Source: Euglena gracilis (Eukaryota). Taken from it: DNA of 64,000 nt. This document shows positions 38,436 through 49,400 of the stretch, one piece after another (the stretch's first letter is position 1; the number at the start of each line of letters is the position of its first letter). The DNA is taken from positions 38,897,816 through 38,961,815 of the forward strand of contig CP154954.1 of the NCBI GenBank assembly GCA_039621445.1. The letters are read 5' to 3'. The translations under genes and the position numbers were made by a program. Under the pieces are notes generated by a model that was not told where the DNA came from, ran no database searches, and saw only the letters and a program-made list of their open reading frames with translations.

Positions 38436-39361
38436 GTTGGGTCTGGGCTCCTGGAGGCCACCGGTGTTTGCCCAGGACTGGCCCTCCCGCAGCCGGGGGA
38501 CACCCCGCCGGGGTCAGGAAGCCCTTGGCGCCCTGTGGGACCCCCTGGCTAGGCCGATGGCCTCCTTGCCCAACTGAGCGAGCCGTGTGGGTTCTCTGAG
38601 GAGTGGCGTCGTGGGGGGCAATGTTCTTGTTTACAAGTACATTATACGACCGCCGGTCAGATAGTTGGGAGCGGGGGGGGGGTCGTATGGTGGGACCCAG
38701 GTCCGACCTTTCGGAAGAAGTCGGGGTTTTGATTGGAGTAGGGTCAGGGATCCGGCCGGCGGGCCGTAGGGCACCCATTTTTGGGAAGTTAGGGAGAAGT
38801 TAGGCCGCATTCTGGACGAATTTGGGCCGAATTTAGGCCAAATTCAGGCAAATTTTCGGCGAAATTTTGGACGAAAATGCGTTTTCAAAAATCTTCCGAA
38901 ATGAGGACCTAACCTCTGGCCTAACTTACTCCCTAAATTTGGCTGATTCTTGGCACGCCAATCCTAACCCTAACCCTATTCCTAAAATTCAGCAGGAACC
39001 CTCCCTGAATCCGCCACCGGTTGCCGGGAAACCGCGCGTTTTCCCGGCGTCGTGGGACCGAAAAAAAAAAGTCAAAAAGTGGGATTTGGGTCCCATTATG
39101 CCCCCCCCCCCCCCGCTCCCAACTATCCGACCCGCGGGTCGTACAGTTGGGAGCTGCCATTTGGAGCTGGTGGAAGAACCGGAAGAATGACGTTTTTTGT
39201 GCCGCCACTGCGTACTTTTTTTTTGCTACTGACTGGTGATGTTTATTGCAAGTGCCACAAGTACTGCGGCACCAAAGAGAAAACCTGTTGTTTTTTCCAC
39301 ACTGCAGTGTGGCCACAAACTTTTTTGTGTCACCTCCACGATGGCAAAAATAAGTAAAAAT

Positions 39362-39635
39362 GGCAGCCCGAAACTACTGCCCCCCCCGGGGGCCAGTAGT
39401 TAATCCGGGGGGGGTCAAAATAGTTTTTTTGCGTTAATGATGGAATAGGGTTAGGTGCGCGACTTAGGGTTAGGGTTAGGCCTAACTTATAGACGGGTGT
39501 TCGGTGTACCAGTTAGGCCTAACCCTAACCCTAAATCGCGCACATAACCCCATTCCATCATTAACGCAAAAAAACTATTTGACCCCCGGATTAACTACTG
39601 GGCCCCCCGGGAGGGGCCAGTAGTTTCGGGCTGCC
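39362..39635. mobile_element. Palindromic MITE with TTAGGG arms, 8-bp TSD (Merlin-like)
   Basis: Near-complete hairpin GGCAGCCCGAAACTACT..AGTAGTTTCGGGCTGCC; exact TSD gtaaaaat at 39354-39361 and 39636-39643. Confidence 0.85.
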
Positions 39636-39831
39636 GTAAAAATTTACACATACCTTCCCACCCCCTTTGTCCCCGACACGGCTGGTCTATGACACACCGC
39701 CCAGATCAACCGCATTTTTCCCGCACCCAAAATGCCGTTTTCTTTGCACATGACATGGCGGTTTCCCGGCAACCGGTGGCAGATTCGGGGAGGGTTCCTG
39801 CTGAATTTTAGGAATAGGGTTAGGGTTAGGA

Positions 39832-40085
39832 GGCAGCTCCCAACTCTATGCCCCCCCAGGGGGGGCCATATAGTTGGGAGGATGGAGTAGGGTTAGGTGC
39901 GCGACTTAGGCTTAGGGTTAGGCCTAACTGGTACACCGAACACCCGTCTATAAGTTAGGTCTAACCCTAACCCTAAGTCGCGCACCTAACCCTACTCCAT
40001 CATTAACGCAAAAAAAGCTATTCTGACCCCCCCTCCCCATTATATGCCCCCCCCTGGGGGGGGGGCCCTATAGTGGGGAGCTGCC
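39832..40085. mobile_element. Palindromic MITE with TTAGGG arms, 8-bp TSD (Merlin-like), nested in a related element
   Basis: Termini GGCAGCTCCC..GGGAGCTGCC; exact TSD ggttagga at 39824-39831 and 40086-40093; carries the same central core as 39362-39635 in the opposite orientation. Confidence 0.85.
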
Positions 40086-41469
40086 GGTTAGGATTGGCGT
40101 GCCAAGAATCAGCCAAATTTAGGGAGTAAGTTAGGCCAGAGGTTAGGTCTCTATTTCGGAAGATTTTTGAAAACACATTTCGCCCGAAATTTGCCTGAAT
40201 TTGGCCTAAATTCGGCCCAAATTCGTCCAGAATGCGACCTAACTTCTCTCCGACCTTGTACCTTCCCCTCCCCTCCGGAAACCCTAAAAATGGTATCCCC
40301 TGCGGCGGTCCCTGGGTCCACCATACGCCCCCCCCCATCCCCCAATCAAAACCCGGACCCTGGGTATAGTGCCCCAATACGCCGCGACGCACCGCGCCCC
40401 GTGGCACCACCAAATGACCTTGCCGCCCGTGCCGGGTATTGCGTTTTCCTGCGGAACGTTAGGGTGTCTGTTGCAGCGGCCTCCCTCGCCGCTGGGCAGC
40501 CTCGGTGCATCGACCCCCGCGCCCCTTGGCTGGCTGCTGGCCCTGCTGCCTCTGCAGGCCTTGTCTGCTCTGGCTCTTTGCACCCGGGTTTGGCCATCCC
40601 AGCGGCACCGACCGTGTTCTGCGGCTGGGCGGCGTGGGAGGTTTCGATTTGTTTGGCCATGCCCGCCCTGCAGGGGAGGACAAGACAACGTGACTTTGTG
40701 CATGGGCCAAAGACGACGTGACAGATCACCCGCGTGACTTCTGGTTCTTATGTTGGCGCCGAGCCACCCGCCACTCCCTTTGCCACGGGCACAAACGAAG
40801 GAACCGGGTCCTTGCCCCACGTTCGGGTCTGACAAGTGGCCTCATGGGGAATGGGAATTGCGGATTTGCCCGCCCGTGCCGGATGAGGGTGGTTGGTTTC
40901 ACAAGCACCGCAGGCGACCTTCCGTGGTGGGGATTTGCGTGGCCAGCCCGTGCGGGAAGACAGCAACGTGATGTGTCTGTTGTGCATTCTGAGCCAATGT
41001 GACAACAGATTCCTTTTCCCCGGTCTGGTTGTCTGACTGCCCACCAGGTCGGCCGCCTGTACACTCTCTCCTCCCTTGCCACGTGGCACAAACGAAGTCG
41101 GAATGCCAGTCTCGTGGTTCGCCCTTCACCACGCCCAACATGTGCCTGTGTCTGACCCTTTCACCGCCCAGCAGTGGAATCATTACCCGCATTTCGTCTT
41201 AGTATGTGGCCGTTTCGTGGTGGTTGGTCGCTGCCCAAATGTCTGCGCTTTACCCTCCCCATGGGCACCGCAGTGCATCGATGTTGGGGGTCTACAAGAA
41301 GGGTTGGCATGTCATTGGAGAGACAGCACCCACCACCGCATGCCATATGGCTTGGAACAACTTCCAACTCAGATTTCTGTGGATCGTGGTGTAGATTTCC
41401 TTGCTGCCCCCCCCCCCCCCCCGCGCAACAAGATGGTGTGAAATGGCCCAACGACATCAAAGCAGACAC

Positions 41470-43088
41470 CAGGGGCAGGGAGATATTCCGGTCTAAACCG
41501 GAATTACCGGAATAAAAGTGCCAGCCAACGGCTTGAAAATTCTGCAACACTCCCTTGGGAAAATCCTGAAATTGCCTGGAAGCTGTCATTGCTTTTGTAC
41601 ATTTCGCCCCACTCACCTATCCTTTGGAAGATCTTGACTTCTTCATTGGTGGTCCACGGTCCACCCTCTTCATCCAATCCATCTGACATGAGGTTGACTG
41701 AGGAAAATCATGAAAATGCATTAAACTCCACCTCCATTGCCTTTGTGTCTTTTGCATTTGTGAAGGATCAGACAATATGTGATGTATTTTTTTGCGGGGT
41801 GGAAGTGCAGGTGAAAAGAATCAACTTTGGCACAAAACACGTGGCTTCTGCCAAACATAAAGGCGTGAAAGGGGGTGCCTTCGCAAATGCACTGATGTGC
41901 ACGGCACGTTCAGGTTTTTGTTCAATTTTAGTTTGGATTTTTTCCAGGTCTGCGTCTGATTTGCGAAAAGACCCAACGTTGACAAAATTGTTGAGCAAGC
42001 ATGTCCAGGCCATCAAGCAAGCTTGTAAGACAGCAGAAAAACAGAAAACGGTTGTTTGTTGTACGTGATGTTTGATGGGTGGCTGGACTCCATTGGCAAC
42101 GAGGTGTGCTCAAACACAGTTGCGCGAGGAGAAAAACGGTACGTGGTGGGTGTGTTTTCATGGAGTGCAAATGGGCCAGCCGTGAGATCGAGCACAAGCT
42201 ACTGGTGAAGTGGTTAATGACACTTTATTCAATTTAGGCCACCCCCCCCCAAAGGATCCGAATTTACCTCCCTAAAAAGTCGGCACCCCCCCCAAAGGAG
42301 AAATCACTGTCATCTCAGGTCAAAAAGGACACAACATTATCAGAATTGTCCTTCTCAGACCAAAATTTCTATTGTCCAAGCCCAAATACAACACATAATC
42401 ACTTGACGCATTGCTTGACATTGAAAGGAGGGAGAAAATTGAAAAAGAGTGGTGGAAAATTAAGCATTTTTGTGCTTTGTCCTGATAAGTGTGCAGTGCC
42501 CTGATAATTGCGCACCCCTTGGGGCCCAAAACGTCCTTAAAATGTGCGCACCCGTGCACTTTTTAGGGGAGGGGGGTTTTATTGGAATAGGGAAGTTGAT
42601 TTTCCCTTTGCTGCTGAGCGACCCCATGATTGCGCTGGGACATTGCGCAATGAGTGCGGCATTTATGAGGTTTTTTTTTAGTCCCGCACCTTGGAACAAG
42701 CAATTATCACTCGGCGGGACAATTTTTGGGAAGAAAGAAAAAAAGCGGTGCCAGGGACTTGCCTCAAGAGAAAACCCTGGGCGCGCCAATGTTTATCAGC
42801 TTATTTCTCCCGAAAAGGCAGGCATTTGCTGTGGTGTGCAGACCAGCACCACCAAGTGCAAAGTGACCACTTTGTGGGGCTGGGCAACCAAGGAATGCTT
42901 CCTTATTCCTGAAGCCCAGGTGAGCGCCTCGGCCCAATTGTACTTCAAAAAACCCAAAGTCCATTCAGGCAGAAATTCACCGGAATAAACCGGAATAAGT
43001 TCCGGAATAAACCGGAAAACCCCGGAATAAACCAGAATACAACCCCGGAATAATTTTTTTGGCCGACCGGAGTCTCTCCCTGCCCCTG
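41470..43088 (+). mobile_element. Decayed TIR DNA transposon (hAT/P-like) with 7-bp TSD
   Basis: TIR CAGGGGCAGGGAGA(tat)TCCGGTC / GACCGGAGTCTCTCCCTGCCCCTG; exact flanks cagacac; subterminal ccggaataa repeats at ~41498-41515 and ~42980-43051; coding-like remnant at ~41680-42230. Confidence 0.7.
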
Positions 43089-43388
43089 CAGACACTCGAC
43101 AGGTTTTTTTTTTGCACCATCCTTGGGTCCAGCTGGAGCGACCAAAAGCTGCGTTTCTGGAAAGGTCCCTGGGCCCACCAACTGGAATTAAACCGCAGAA
43201 CCTCTTCGAACGGAACCCCCTGGCATTTGGTTTAGCCCATGCCCTCAAGGAGTTGTGCCCCCCTCCCCACACCTGTTTGGCAACGATTGGCTCAAGGTCG
43301 ACAGGTCAGGTTTTACGCTGGTTCATGCATATTAATTTTCCCGAGAATTTTTGTACCTCAACTGAGACTTCCGGCCTACGAAAAGGAG

Positions 43389-43408
43389 TTTTTTTCTCTC
43401 CGCCGCAG
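43389..43408 (+). promoter_or_regulatory. Putative spliced-leader trans-splice acceptor of the carrier gene
   Basis: tttttttctctccgccgcAG ending 7 nt before the ATG at 43416. Confidence 0.55.
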
Positions 43409-43415
43409 CCAGCGG

Positions 43416-46400
43416 ATGGCTGCCTGGCCGCCAGCCCCGCCCCTGCCCCGCCCGGCGCACTCGCCCAGCCGTGCAGCCAGACGGCGCGGCATAGAACAGC
43501 AACCCGGTGCTCTGTGAGTCACTGAATGATGAGCCCCCCCCCCCCCAACAACACCAACACCCCTGTTTTTGTTCGTCATGTGACCGCCGCGGGCCGCTGC
43601 TGTGCACGGCTGGCCGCGGCGGTGCTGGGGGCCCTGTGGGCCGCCATCCTATGCCTGGTCGCCCTGCACGGCCAGGGGGGGGGCGCCGATGAATGCAGTG
43701 CCCCTTCTCCTTGCACTCCCCTCCCTCCCCTCCTCTCCGTTCACCTCTGCAAGTCCCACACAGGGCTGGGTGGGTGACCGTCCTCCGGGGACTTCAAAGC
43801 CTACACCATCCTCCAACGGACATCTGGGGTACTCGTGTCGATTTACCGCCCATGCCATACCACTCGTCTTGTCGCCATGGTTGATGCTTGACCATCAGGT
43901 CGTCGCTTAAGCCGAAGGGCACCATCCTCACCGGGGGGGTCCAGCCAGCGAAGCTGAAACTTTGGCCGAAAACTCCGGATTTTTTTTCCGCATTATTGGG
44001 CAGAATTGGAATTTTGTGCAGCTTTTGGGGCATTTTTGCAGTTTCGATTTTTTTGGCGCCCAGTTCCACCCCTCAGGCCCAGTTGCAGCCAGGAGACCCC
44101 TGAGTGGGGAGGGGGGTCAGGCAGCAACCTTTTTCCCGCCAGCCTAACTCTCACCCAGGCCTGACTCTCACCCAGAGGGGTTGCTCAGTGACACCCTCCC
44201 GTGATCTGCTCTTTTGCATTTCCCCCGGCGGAAATCTCTCCTTCCGCCATCCCTCGCCCTGCCGTCGCTGCCCCCGCCGCCCTCCCCCAGCCCACCACCC
44301 TCCTCCACGCCCGGGCTGTGGCCGCCGCCACCGCCGCCGGGGGCACTGGGGCGCCGCTGGGGGGCCGGGGCCCCCACCGGCCGCCGTCGCGGTCCCCGGC
44401 GATCGGGAGAGCTCTCCCCCGCCGGCCGCCGGGGACCGTCCCGCCCAGCATTGCTCCGCCGCTCTGCTCAGCTCGGGGACCAAAAATGAGGAACAACGGA
44501 CAATTGCTTTCTCCGTGTCGCGAATTGATTTTTTGTTTTGAACCCCATTTGGCACTCACACGTCAGCTGCAAAACGGCCCAAACAATGTATCTTGTCCTC
44601 GCTCCAACAGTGCTTGAACAACAATCAAAGTGAACCATGTCCCAGTGACGTTCCCCAATTAAAAAAATGGGAATTTCGGTTCCACACGAGGCCTCTTGAC
44701 AGAGTCCTCCTCCTCGGGACCACCTCGGGAGCAACAAAGTTTCCAGTATTTCCGAAGGAAGTTGTGCTGGAGAAAACTATCCCCCGTGGTCCCATGCATC
44801 TGTTTGTATCAATTTTAATTTTACACCTGGCCTGAGTTGCACCAGTTTTACCCTCCTTCATATAACCCCAACGTTCTCGGACGAACTTCCACAACAGGTC
44901 ATTTGTCAGCCATCCATTGGACCACACCTACCTCCCCCACCCCTCAGCTTGTTGACCCCGGGCTTTTTAGGGTCAATTTGGCTCCTCCAAATTCGTACCC
45001 CCACACTGCCGGGAGAACCTGCAACCCATTTTTCGAGGCTTTTGGCCATTCGCTGGGGCAACATTGTCCCAATGAAGCCCCCCCCCCCCCCGGGCGGTTG
45101 GGTCCGGAGTGGTCCGAGCCACTGCACCAGGGAACCACCTGAACTCGCTGTTGGCAGCGGAGGGCTTGCTTCGCCATTTGTTGCAGAGCGGCGGCCCCGC
45201 ACCTGCCACCGGCTACGCGGCAGTGGGCGTGCTGGGCAGGGATCCATGGCAGGGGATTGCTTAAGCCAGAGGGGACCCCATCCCCTGGGGGGGGGGTCCA
45301 GCCAGCCAGCAGCTCAAATCCAGCCAGCAGCCTAAATCGGGGCTGGGAGCCCCCCCCTCCAGGGAGTCGTGTGAAATAAGTTGGGTCCAGCCCGGCAAGA
45401 GGCCGGGCCAGCTGGTCGCAGGCTGGCCAGCCAACTGCATTTTTTTTTCTCGTCGCCCTCAATGTCTGGCACATACCATCCATCCATCAAAATCAAAATA
45501 TAGAGAAGGCAAAAATGTTTTTGACCAGCACAGCCCCCTCCAGCCCCGGACCCCCCCCCTAGCCCCCCCCCGGGGGGGTACAGCCAGCAGCTCGTTTCCA
45601 GCCAGCATCCTTTTTTCCCGCCGGAGGCTGGACCCCCTTAAGAAATCCTCTGATCCATGGGAAGCCCTTCCCCCTGGGGGAGAGGGGGAGGAAGTCAAGA
45701 GAATCTTAAGTTTAAAATGAGCCCCTTTTTTCATTTGTTTTTTTTAAATGAGAGATTTTCCAACGGTTTTGGGCTGGTGTCCAGCCTTTTGACCAAGGAA
45801 CCGAAAACCTAACAGTTTAAACACCCACTCCCACCTATAGCCCCCCCCATCTTATAGCCCCCTCTGGGGACCAACCACCAAACCAGGACCTATAACCCCC
45901 CCCTCCGGGGGCCGACCATCAAATCCTATAACCCCCGGGGTTATACGTGGAGGGGTGTTTATTTATTTAAGTTGCAAATTGGGGTTTCGAGATGGGTGGG
46001 TCCGGACCCCCCCCCCCCGGGGCTCCCATGTGTCCCTGGCGCTGGGGCTGGCTGCGCTACCAGCGCTGCTGGCGCTGCTGGCCCGCCTGCCCCGGCAGTC
46101 ACGGCGGCCGACCGCGCTGTGTGCCGTTCCCCTCCACGACGGGGACGGGTACGCCGACGCACCACGGCAGGGACCGTGGCTTCCTCTGTGAGAGGCGGAT
46201 TATCCCAGAACCAAAAACGTTGAACCCACTTTTGGCTGGGAGACCCCAGGGACTTTGGCGAAAAAATGGTGTTTTGGGGGTGTACCAAAATGGACTTTGT
46301 AAGTTGAAACCCCCGGGACCTTGCCGGCCCGAAGGGAAAAAAACGCAAAAAAGCACCTTAGGAACGGGACCTTTACTGCCCTTGTTGCTCCTTTCGGCTG

Positions 46401-49400
46401 TGTCACCAGGTGTGTCCGAGCTGCCGGCGGTGTGCGTCCTGGGTGTTTGCCGGACTGCGTTGCTTGCGGCGCCTTGGTGTGGTGTTTTTGGGCTGTTTGT
46501 TAAAGCGTGGGAAGGAGGTGCCGGGGGGTGTGGGTGTGGTGTGACCAAGCCGGAAGGAGGGACGCAGGGGAAGGAAAGTGAGTACGGGGTGTTGGGCAAG
46601 GGATGTGCAGAGGGGATGAAATAGGGTCCGTAGGGAATGAAGGGGATAACCCCCAGCAGCAGACCCATGCAGGGGTGCAGGGGGAGGGGAATGCGCTGCG
46701 CATTTTTCCGCATTTTTGCACATTTTTTGTGCATTTTTGTCAATTTTTCAAAAATGCGCATTTTTGCGCATTTTTTGCGCATTTTTTTTGCACATTCCCC
46801 CCCCATTTTTGCACATTTTCCATTTTTGCACATTTTTTGCGCATTTTTTGCCCAATTTTGCACATTTTGCGATTTTTGCACATTTTCCACCCAAATCACA
46901 TGCTCACCGAATTTTGCCCACGTTCAACTGACCCATTTCTGCCATTACCCGGAAGCTAGGTAAGACCATCATGGCCACCGCCATACCCGAACTCTGACAG
47001 GAGTGAAATTATAAGCTTTTACCGCCTCTCAGATGCACAAGGGTGCTACAGAAGCGGAAAAAACCCGCGTTCTGCAGCACAGCTTCACACAGAGGAATCC
47101 CCTCCGGAGGCGGAGAGGAGGAGGAAACGGTCCCAATGGCCGAGGATGAACCTCAGCCAGCGGAACCTCTGGCAACGGAAACCCGTAGCCCATCTGTTGT
47201 GATGCTGGACACTGTGGCAGAAACTGCGCAGCGCCCAGGATAGCCGGCAGGTGAAATGACACTCGTGCCACTTTCACCAACCTAAATGGGTACGACAGGC
47301 GTACTGACCCCTCCGCGGGAAAACCCGCCGGAGACGTTACCCCACACGCCTGAGGTATTGCGCCTCAAGTTCCCTGTTTCCGGGGAAACCCCATCGACAG
47401 AGGAGCCAGCGGAACGTCTATCAGGACGACATGGAAGCTCTATTCGAGCACATCCAGAGTACTCATGACCTCGCATTCGAGGCCATGCGACAGTTCCAAA
47501 ATGAACTTAGTCTTCCAATCCTGGTCGCCTCCTCTGTCGTGACTGTAACTAGACAGCTCTATGTAGAGCGAAATCATGATTTCCACCATGATGGAACTTT
47601 GTATGCCTATGAGGGCAATGTAATCCTCGGTCCGATACTGGACAATCTGCCGGGATTCTGGCACGTTTGGTTCTGGGCGGGATACATTGCGGAAGTAGAA
47701 AATCTACGTTCTGCAGTCCAGAAGCGAGTCACTGATATTCATGCAAACAAACGGAAATCGTTTTTGCAGACTTTAAAGTCACCTGTGTATAGTCCAGGTG
47801 ACCGCGTGTGGGTGCGGAATAGCCGTACTCGCATGTTGATTTCTGGGGTTTCGGAGAACGCGTAAAACCGCCTCCGACTGCCGAGAATGCCGGCAGCCAG
47901 CCGACCAGGAGATTCTGCTGCAAGAATACTGGCACAGGGCGTGGATTACCTACGTCTTGGAGGTTTATATCTATTTTCTGGAATACATGACCATGGACGT
48001 GGATATCCAAAGGAAGTGGTTACCCCGGGGATACACCGAGGAAGACGCCAGGCCCAATGACCCAGACCGACGCAGGATGAACCTGCGGCCGGACTGGCAG
48101 GCGGCCCAAATCGGCCTCCGGGAGCACCTCGACACCCAGTTCGGGAATATCCTGATCTGGGAGGAATTACAAGCCTTTTTCGCGGCAAACGAGGAAAAAC
48201 AGCCTCGTTATGCTTTGCCGTTGCCGGCCTTCCTAGAAGACACAGGCCTACCAGGGTTGGTTTTGCCTCACTCTCCCTATCGATTAGTTTTCGGACGGGA
48301 CCCTCCGGCAGTAGGGGATGTCCCTTCGGAGAGACCCGCGCGAACGAGTGTCAGTTGCGAGACCTGGTTACCCGCCTCAAGAGAAAACCCTTGGGTGAGG
48401 TGTGGATACTCATCCAATGACGATGAGGACACTAGGGGTTTCAGAGACCCCACATTGACACGTAACCAAGGCGGGAATCCCACTCCCCTGGTCACAAGTA
48501 AGGGGCACCATGGCTGACATTGTTGGTTATGGTGAACGGAGAGTGACGCCTTGGTCATGCATCTTTTGGCCAAAATGCCTTCATTTCAGCTCTTTTTGGT
48601 GACTTTGGCTTTATTTTGGGTTTATTGTTGGAAATTTTTCTAAGTCCTTTTTCCCTTAGAATGTCACAAACTCAGCGCATTTTTTCTGCGCATTTTTGCG
48701 CATTTTTTCCGAGGGCTGTCCAGTGCATCCCCCCCCCCTGCCCATGGGTGAGCAAATGAGGCAGAATGCCGCCAACCGTGGAACCCACTCATGACCCATG
48801 AACCCATGCCCATTTCTCGGACCCTTGTTCGGTCAACTCTGAAGGATTGAGGAAGTGGTCGGGGCAGTTGGTCGGCTCAGTTGCGGGGAAAACCCTCTTT
48901 CAACAAACAGCCTTCGCCCCAACGGCGGCCGGTGGCTGTTGCCCGTCGTCGCCTGCGAAGGACCCACGAGGGCGGCGGCGGGCATTGCTGGCGGCGGCGG
49001 CGGCGGCGGCGGGCAACCTGTGGCTTCCTGCCCGGGCGTTGGGGGGCCTCGGGATGGGTTGGGTTGGCCCATCCAAAAGGTGCTTGTTTTTTGGGGGGCG
49101 AGTCGGGGAGGCAAGTCCGCCGACCAATCCCCAGCATTTCCCACCGGAATTCCTCAACCCAGTGTGTGTCCCCGCAGTGTGTGCCCCCGGAGCATGTGCC
49201 AGGCCCCCTGCCCCCCCCCCCCCCTGGAGGTCTTTGAAGACGCCGGCTCCTAAGCGTTCCAGCCGCCCAGCATCGTGCGGGCCCCCCAACCCCCGCCGCC
49301 AGGCCCGCCGCTGCGCAGGGGCCCCCCGGCCCCGGCCCCGGCCCCTCCTCTGCCTCGGCCCGCCTGCCAGCGCTGGCCTACAGCGGGGACACCCCCGCCG

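Larger units (their letters stand above)
38645..40345. repeat. Cluster of inverted copies of a ~500-bp GGCAGCTCCC-terminated element
   Basis: 38790-39030 is the reverse complement of 39760-39831 plus 40094-40250. A further family member lies at 55159-55707 (flanks atctgact/atcttatt). Confidence 0.7.

Noticed and set aside
39440-39995. TTAGGG runs as a true telomere or chromosome fusion point
   Set aside because: Only 2-3 units per run, located inside TSD-flanked palindromic elements.
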